Both the position numbers and the translations under genes were made by a program. A stretch of DNA of 64,000 nt from Tubulanus polymorphus (taxonomy: Eukaryota; Animalia; Nemertea): NCBI RefSeq assembly GCF_964204645.1, contig NC_134026.1, positions 27,872,150 through 27,936,149 on the forward strand, written 5' to 3'. Every line of letters starts with the position of its first letter. Position 1 is the stretch's first letter. Positions 56,488 through 64,000 of the stretch are shown piece by piece. The notes under the pieces are model-generated. The model worked only from the letters and a program-made list of their open reading frames with translations. It had not been told where the DNA came from and made no database searches.

Positions 56488-59166
56488 TTAGTTCTCGGAT
56501 TTAGCATTATGTTTACGTTTCTTCTTCTTTTGACCATCTTTCTCGAGCATTTTAGCAATATATAAATCCTGTTGTTTTGTCACGGTTATATCACTGATCT
56601 TTTTATCATATTCCTGTCTTTGCCGTGCTAGTTTACTATTTAACTCTTTGATCTGGTTTTGTCGTGAATTCAACGCATCTTCTTTTTTCTCGACCTTCTT
56701 CTCTATCTCTATAAATGCATTCAAATGAAATTCATTTGAAGAGTTTGGCATATACCTACATCTTCCTAAACTCATTACACCCAGTTACCCAGTCTTACCC
56801 GACACTTTAAGTTGTAAAGCAACCTTTTTGCTGGACTCTTTCAATGCTTGGTTTTTCAGTTCACCAAAGCTATGGACAAACAGAAGTTTTAGGATTAACT
56901 TGAAATTTGTACAATACATGAAAATGTAATCATTGATATAATACTTACGCCTGGTCATACTGTTGTTTTTCTCTTTCAATTTGCTTTTTTAGAATTTCAA
57001 TTTCACCCTGAGCAAAAGCTAATTTGTCTTCGACCTCAATTAATATTGTCCTAGTCTTTGCATGTTCATAACGCTCTTGCTAGGTCGAAAAAAAAGAAAG
57101 ATTTGCATCAAGTATCAGTGAAATGTACCATTATCAGTATAAGGTCATTGATACCGGATCGATCTATACTACTAGTACAGTTAACTCCCAATTATAGGCC
57201 ACTTCCGGGACCTCCACAATTTTGGCAGATAATCAAGGCTGGTGGATAGTGAATTTAAGAAATGTCCATTTTCTTCGCAATTAACTTGAAACGTATTTAT
57301 TTCACTATTGAGCAGTTTCCTATAAACGTGTTAACTGTTTTATTGAACTCTTCCTTTTATAAGAATTAGTGAGAAATTCGTTCTATCATTTAAGATATTC
57401 TTCAGCTGCACTCAGACGACAACTTAATACTGGTAGTCCCTGTAATTAGTCTAACATACCGGTAGATGTTCATGGGGGTGGGGGGGGCATGATCTGGTGA
57501 TTTACAAACAACAGTATCAGTGTAATACCGGGAGTTGACTGTACAATTATCAATTATGACAGGTCCTTCTGTGGATAGAGTAGTCAGTAACCAGGTAACC
57601 TATCTGTGGTTACTGGTTTAGTTTCACGATAGGATATTTTCACATTATAATATATATTAACAGCTCGATTATAAAAGCTTACCACCAACAATTTAGGTAA
57701 CTAACTATGGATAGAGTAAAAGTCCAACAAGATACCTCGAGCTGTTTTAGTAAGCGATCATATTCTTCTTTACAAATTGAGCTGTTAGCTTGAAAAGACA
57801 CCTGAAATTGTAAAAAAGGCCCTTTTTTGCCTTGGTGAATGCACAGGGGCTCGTTACGATAGCTGGGGGTCCAAAATCAAAGATTTGACCCAGTATCCTA
57901 GGTACCACCTAAAAAAAAAGAAAAGGGAGCTAACATTTTGACATACTAGAATTGACCTTCTCATTTCAATCGCTCATTACTTCGTAACCCATCGACCGAT
58001 TCGCTCGAAATTGGTTTCGTTTCATTCCTAAGAGGTTACTTTTTCGTTTGAGACCTTCCGCGACAAAATCGGATAAGAGACACCCGAGAAATCACGACTC
58101 AAATCCGAAAAAACGAGTCAAAATAGCCAAAGCCGGAATTACTAGGACGTCTCGGAGTAGTCGATTCCCGACGAAAAACGATGAGTTGACGCGGTTCCCG
58201 GACGTTAATCTTCACATATCATACATCGCTGGAAAGCTTATGAACTGACCTTATTGAAAAATGCGTTTATTTGATAATCCGTTCCGAAACCGGCGACAAG
58301 CGAGGTGATAATACGCACCGAACCGATAAATACGCACTTTAAGCGTCACTGAACCGCCATTGAGGGTGTGACGTCACGGGCTCTGAGGACTGATAAATTC
58401 GCGATACGTGATTGGTCGACTGAATATGTCAATTATCTAGCGTTGCATGCTGGGATTTCTCATGACGTCACGCAGTTAATGGCGGCCGGAATACACTTGG
58501 AAATCGTATTTATCGCATCAATCTGGATTATCAGCTCGCCAGTCGCGGGTATCGGAACGGATTATCAAATAAACGCGTCTGTCAATAAGGTCAGTTCATA
58601 AGCTTTCCAGCGATGTATGATATGTGAAGATTAACGTCCGGGAACCGCGTCAAATCATCGTTTTTCGTCGGAAATTGAGCACTTCAAGCCGTCCTAGTAA
58701 TTCCGGCTTTGGATATTTTGACCCGTTTTTTCGGATTTGAGTCGTGATTTCTCGGGCGTCTCCGGTCCGATTTCATCGGGGAAGGTCTCAAACGAAAAAG
58801 TCACCTCTTGGGAATGAAACGAATCTAATTTCGTGTAAATCGGTCGATCGGTTACGAAGTTATGAGGGGTTGAAATGAGAAGGTCAATTCTTGTATGTCA
58901 AAATGTTAGCTCCCTTTTCTTTTTTTTTAGGTGGTACCTAGGATACTGGGTCAAATCTTTGATTTTGGACCCCCAGCTATCGTAACGAGCCCCTGTGGGT
59001 GAATGATGGATGGTGAAAATAGAAGTGAAAAGTTATCAGGCTGAAAATATAACCCCACCATATCATTGAGACGATCATTGTGATTCATCTGTAGAAGTAT
59101 GACATCTTTTAATTGTTCCTGTACGATTTTGTGAGGTGATAATTCTGTAGACGTATCAATTGACAT
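56488..59166 (-). CDS. SPATA24: Spermatogenesis-associated protein 24-like coiled-coil protein (5 exons)
   Basis: Spliced translation EQLKDVI..., ICKEEY, HAKTRTIL...KLAFAQGEIEILKKQIEREK, KESSKK, KEDALN...IKEL and KQQDLYIAKML. This parallels recalled human SPATA24 motifs (QLRDVI, HAKTK, KLQFALGEVE, QESSKK, KQQESYMAQVL). Confidence 0.85.
57620..57708 (+). repeat. Interspersed repeat fragment (SPATA24 intron 2) shared with 54336-54409
   Basis: Same ordered motifs as the copy at 54336-54409. Confidence 0.65.
57842..58997. mobile_element. 1156-bp non-autonomous foldback DNA transposon with very long inverted arms and an 8-bp TSD
   Basis: Ends CACAGGGGCTCGTTACGATAGCTGGGGG...CCCCCAGCTATCGTAACGAGCCCCTGTG, with GGTGAATG duplicated at 57834-57841 and 58998-59005. 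The arms are alignable by eye for about 500 bp. Confidence 0.95.
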
Positions 59167-59357
59167 CTTTAGATCAAGTTTGAAGCAAAATGGACATTCA
59201 GAATTCCCACAACATACCACACGGCCTTGACAAATCAAGGGTGGCTCCGATTATTGAATGGTCACCTAGCGGAATTTCTTTAAACTAAGGTGAATCTCAA
59301 GGTCGTTGACTCAAATAAATAAAATAAAATAAATTCGTACATAACAATATGAATAAA

Positions 59358-60177
59358 ATGGCTAGTGAAGTAAGTGATCAATTTATAATATAGATATGAT
59401 TTAAATCGAAGTATGGTAGAGATATACCGCACAAAAACACTGGGCCAAACTCGGTTTTTGTATCGTACACGTAACTGACATTCGGCTGATCACTTTTACT
59501 TTTTTTGTTCAACTAACTCGGATAACCGAAGTTGGCCCTGGCTGTAGTGTAGGTAGGCCCTACATGAGACATGTAATTATATTTTTATATTTGAATGATG
59601 ATATTTTCTAATTCAGGATATCAAGGTTAAATGTGATCAAGCATGTCAAGCTGCTAATGATTTTTCAAAATTATACTACGAAACATTTGACAAACGGAGA
59701 CACGTATGTATCGCTAATAAACAAATCTAATTCAAAAGCCTATAGCCTATGACAAAATGTAATATTTGTTATTTTTCTATTACAGGTATTATCACGTCTC
59801 TACATGGATACAGCTTCACTCACATGGAATGGTAATTCCGTGACTGGTATTTCAAATATTCTGACATTTTATGACACATTACCGAGTAGTGAACATACTG
59901 TCGAATCTTTGGATGCGCATCCAATAGGTACAAATCTTGACAATGCGTTAAAAATTGCAGTATTTTTTTCAACAACATTCATGTTTGTATATCTTCAACT
60001 TTTTCAGTGGAAGGAACTCAAGGGCAATCTACTATACTCGTGTGTGCATGCGGTTACGTCAAATACCAAGGAAATTGTGCAGGAACATTTACTCAAAACT
60101 TTTTGTTAGCTTCGATGCCTGGAGATGTGTGGAAAGTTGTTAGTGATTGTTACCGCAGTACAGAAGTGGATAATTGA
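59358..60177 (+). CDS. NXT1: NTF2-related export protein (p15), 4 exons
   Basis: DQACQAANDFSKLYYETFDKRRH|VLSRLYMDTASLTWNGN...LPSSEH...FTQNFLL...WKVVSDCYR. Confidence 0.95.
59440..59540. mobile_element. Small MITE in NXT1 intron 1
   Basis: ctgggccaaactcggtt / aaccgaagttggccctg inverted repeats. Confidence 0.6.
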
Positions 60178-63100
60178 TAAACGCTTCTGAATATCAATGG
60201 ACTATCATCAAATGAGGATGCATCACGGGACGTATTTTGTGAATTTTTTATAATGTTATACATTTGTATATATTAAAACAATGAAGTAGGATATTCATCT
60301 CTTTGGTTTTTTACTGTTACTGAAGTCTGGTCCATATTTGAGGTCTTTCCGTCGGCATCCTTGAAGCGCAATCCAGAAGTTAAGAAAAGAACTATGTAGC
60401 TTATTCAGTTTTATTGCATGAAACTCATTTTCTAACCACATAGCCATGCCTTGTCCAGGAATGGTTGTTTACTAGGAGTGCAGTATTTTGTCTTGCACAA
60501 AGACAAAATGCTTCTAGTAGACCGAGATCTTTTTCAATTAATGCGCAAGTAGCAACCATCATTTTAAATACTATTCAGTCCTTGCAGTTTGTAGTGAGAT
60601 GACAAGATTTAAGAGAAAGATTGTTTCTCATTTCCATTCACTTCAATACTATTTCAAAATAGTTTACACGCTATTTACACAGAATATGTATTTCAAGATA
60701 ATGTTTGCAGCAGCACAGTTTTTTTTAATCTTAAAAGAATAAAGAGATATTTCTTTTGTTTTGAATTTTTTGATTTTGCGTAGATAACAATGATTATAAA
60801 ACAGAAATAGAAAATGTTTATGCAAAAAATAAAAATAAATAGAAGAGGTCAATCAAAAAGATTTGGCACATGAAATGCAGGAGGATGCCTATAACAACTG
60901 CAGCATCATTATCGTGGATCACAGAATCAGCTTAACCCCCTTACCCTAAGAATTTGTAAGTTTCAAAAGTGACAGACCCGATATTTTGAAACAAATCTTT
61001 ATGTTCAACAATCTTTTCTAAGTCATTTAAAATTTTACCCCATTTGAATCACGAAGAAAGAGCTGAACCTGTCAATATTGAAAATTACTTCGTGTCAATT
61101 AGATCTGTGGTATTTCACATTTTGCAAATAATTCCATGTCAAATGATTTGAGATCAAACACCAATATATACAATGAAGAATTAGTTTTTGAAGGCTTATT
61201 TAGTAGAATAATCTTGATCCACTTAACTCACCGCACTTCATGTTATTCTTAAACCATTCCCGGTAAAAGTCTACACAACAATGCAATTCAAGCCTGTACA
61301 ATACCTAGACACAGTGCAACATCATTACTCAAATTATCTAAAAAATGTCACCATGGTGAAAATTTAAATGAAGATCTCAGAAATGAGTTGAAAATAAAAA
61401 AGCCATGAAATAATCGAAGTTGAAGTCAAGTCACTACTTAACTACTAACTTACACATACAATCAAACCTATTCAATAAATGACTAAATATCATTCCAGTT
61501 CACTCGAATTGATTGATTGGTTGATTCCAATGAATTTTTAATGGGAAATATTGCGTTCAGTTCAGTTGTATTGAATTATGAATACAAATGTATCATAGGT
61601 AAAATGCGACAAGGACAAATTCTAAATGCATATGAAAGGTTTTCAAACACTGGGGATAAATTATACTTAATATGATTCAACATGTTTAAAGTCAATATAA
61701 ATTAACTTATTCAAAATTACTTTTGCATTAAAGATACGCTTAAATCTTAACATCAAAAGAAGGATAAAGTATCACCATGGCAACAAATGACATGATGTTA
61801 ATAGTGTTAAGATAAATACAAAATCCACTATATAAATTTATGTACACATTTACATGCATACACTCATACACACATTTATAACATATGAATATAATTCAAT
61901 AACTTCCATTTAGATAATCACTAATATAGTAATTCTGTCATCAGGTAATAAATGGACACTTATTTGGAATCTGAGAGTGAAGAGCAGGCTCAGGATTTTC
62001 TTGCAGTTTTGGGTTGATTTAAAAATTCTGTATTTCTAAAATATCAATCATGATAAAAATCTAACTGTTGCCCAAAGAATGGTTCAAGGTTGCCTCGCTT
62101 GGTTTAACCACTGAGTAAATTCTAACACCTGATCCCAAACGTTAACATCCTTACTTGACTTAATCCAAAATTACTCTAATTGATTAGCATATTTATCACA
62201 TTTCATCTTTTCAGCAAATACTATAAGGTTATCATTTTACAAAGGTTTTCAATTTGGACAAGTTTCTTCTTGCCAATGAATAGAAAATATCACTTAGTAA
62301 TAAAATGACCAGTTCAAAAATTGTGCGGTCATGATATCAACTGTGGTCAATAATCAAAAAGATGTTCCCGCTGTATTTTTGTAAAATTATGGATCAATAG
62401 AAGCAGATGGTTTTAACACATTAGATGACTGTATATTGATCCACTAAACCTGTGTGCGTCACTACAGCCCTAACATCAATTGATACCGGTGTTACGAAAC
62501 CAAAACCAAAATTTTCTAAAATTGGAGAATACACCCAAATATCTATTTCTTCTTTCCTCCAGTAATCATTCTTGTATGTACTCCAGATAAATCATTCTTG
62601 GGTACTACAACTAGTAGGCTGACTGCTGCCACCTTCATTATGTAGAATATGGAGACTAATTAACATGCGATAATGACAAAATTACCTACTATTGCGTTGA
62701 TACCTAAATTGATTTATGAACCAATTCATTGTGTAATCAGACCAAAAATCTTATTACAGTAGAAACCAATTACTACATAATTATAAACAGAGGATTTCTA
62801 TCAGAAAAACTGTTTTGAAAATATTTGAAATGTGAATCAATTTGGAGTTGTTACTGACAAAGGAAATGATAACAAGTGCTATTTTGATTTCTGGAAGCAG
62901 TCCACCAAAGTTCCCCATAGTCTTTATCTAATATATATCCATAATCATTTGTTAATTCTTTTTCATAAAACTCCTGTGTACAAAATATTACTACTATCAT
63001 AAGTATATTTATAATATATATTTATATCTATATATATTTTTATGTATACATATGTTTTTTATGTACACACAACAAACTTTCAGTAAATTCAAATAACAAC

Positions 63101-64000
63101 CAATTACGTAAGATGTAGTCGCAACATAAGTAATAGTAAAACAACATAACAGTTTGTGTCATGGCAGAGACCAAAACTACGTACAATCCATCTAGATTTA
63201 CACTATCTAACCCTCATATCAATAAATACTCATCTCACAAAATTAGTATGAAGTCTCAATTGTACACGTTGAATGAGGGATGGATTTATCTCCATATCTA
63301 TCAATATTCAAATGACCAGAAATCAGGCGAAATCATGAGAAAAAACCCTTTTTCCATATATTCAACAATGTTGTATACACAATTGATCGCACAATTTGTA
63401 CCTCTTTTTTACTGTTACTAGAATAGCAAAAATATCAAGTAATTTAACCAGAATATTTGATTAACAAAGAAATTAATGAAACGGAATGGAATTTTTTTTT
63501 CACAGATGATTAATAGCACCAAAACAATAAAATAGTTGGGTACAATAATGAGCACATTACATCAGAAACATTTCGATAAAATTTGATATGTTTTCCTCGA
63601 TTGACAGAACATTCGACAATTTTCACAAGTACGATCAAACAGTCAAAGACAGTGTGGATTGGAAGCTAAAGATATCGTGAAAATAAGTAATGAGTTTTAC
63701 GTCAATCTATTCATTATGATAAGCGAAGATGACAAAACCACGACAGTAACCATGTTCACACTTATATTGAGCTAACTTAACACCTTTTAATTGACTTCCC
63801 GTCATAATCTAACGCTATACTGTATGGTGATCATGCACTACTTTATATTACAATAAAAACATCACCTCAGACTTTCTCAGAAATACTTTTTGTACAGTTA
63901 TTTTGTAGAAAAGCATTCTGATGATCTTGGATGTTTCACAGATAGCAGCACACTAGCTCCCAAACCAAAATAAGTCCTCAATCTTTATCAATTTCATCTC

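Noticed and set aside
58048-58601. ORFs inside the foldback element as a transposase
   Set aside because: They are short, have no DDE or THAP motifs, and arise from the GC-richer inverted arms.

Overview
AT-rich nuclear DNA from an invertebrate animal with spliceosomal introns; the exact taxon cannot be determined from this window. Most ORFs in the supplied track are chance ORFs or single exons. The left half (1 to ~30.7 kb) is almost entirely long introns of one minus-strand gene. Its visible coding exons encode a cwf21 domain, so it looks like a divergent SRRM2/3/4-family splicing factor that probably continues past the left edge. The right half is a dense block of genes with mostly 60-100 nt introns: TMEM8/PGAP6-like (+), PLPP (-), TTC4 (+), DIMT1 (-), LSM1 (+), NLK (+), SRD5A3 (+), an AKR1-type reductase (+), SPATA24 (-) and NXT1 (+). 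These form four head-to-head pairs. Two U12-type introns are present (TTC4, NLK), plus one probable GC-AG intron. Many non-autonomous DNA transposons occur, the clearest being a 1156-bp foldback element with an 8-bp target-site duplication (TSD) in SPATA24 intron 1. No CRISPR, rRNA or prokaryotic system was seen. Gene identities come from manual splicing and recall of family sequences, not from database searches.
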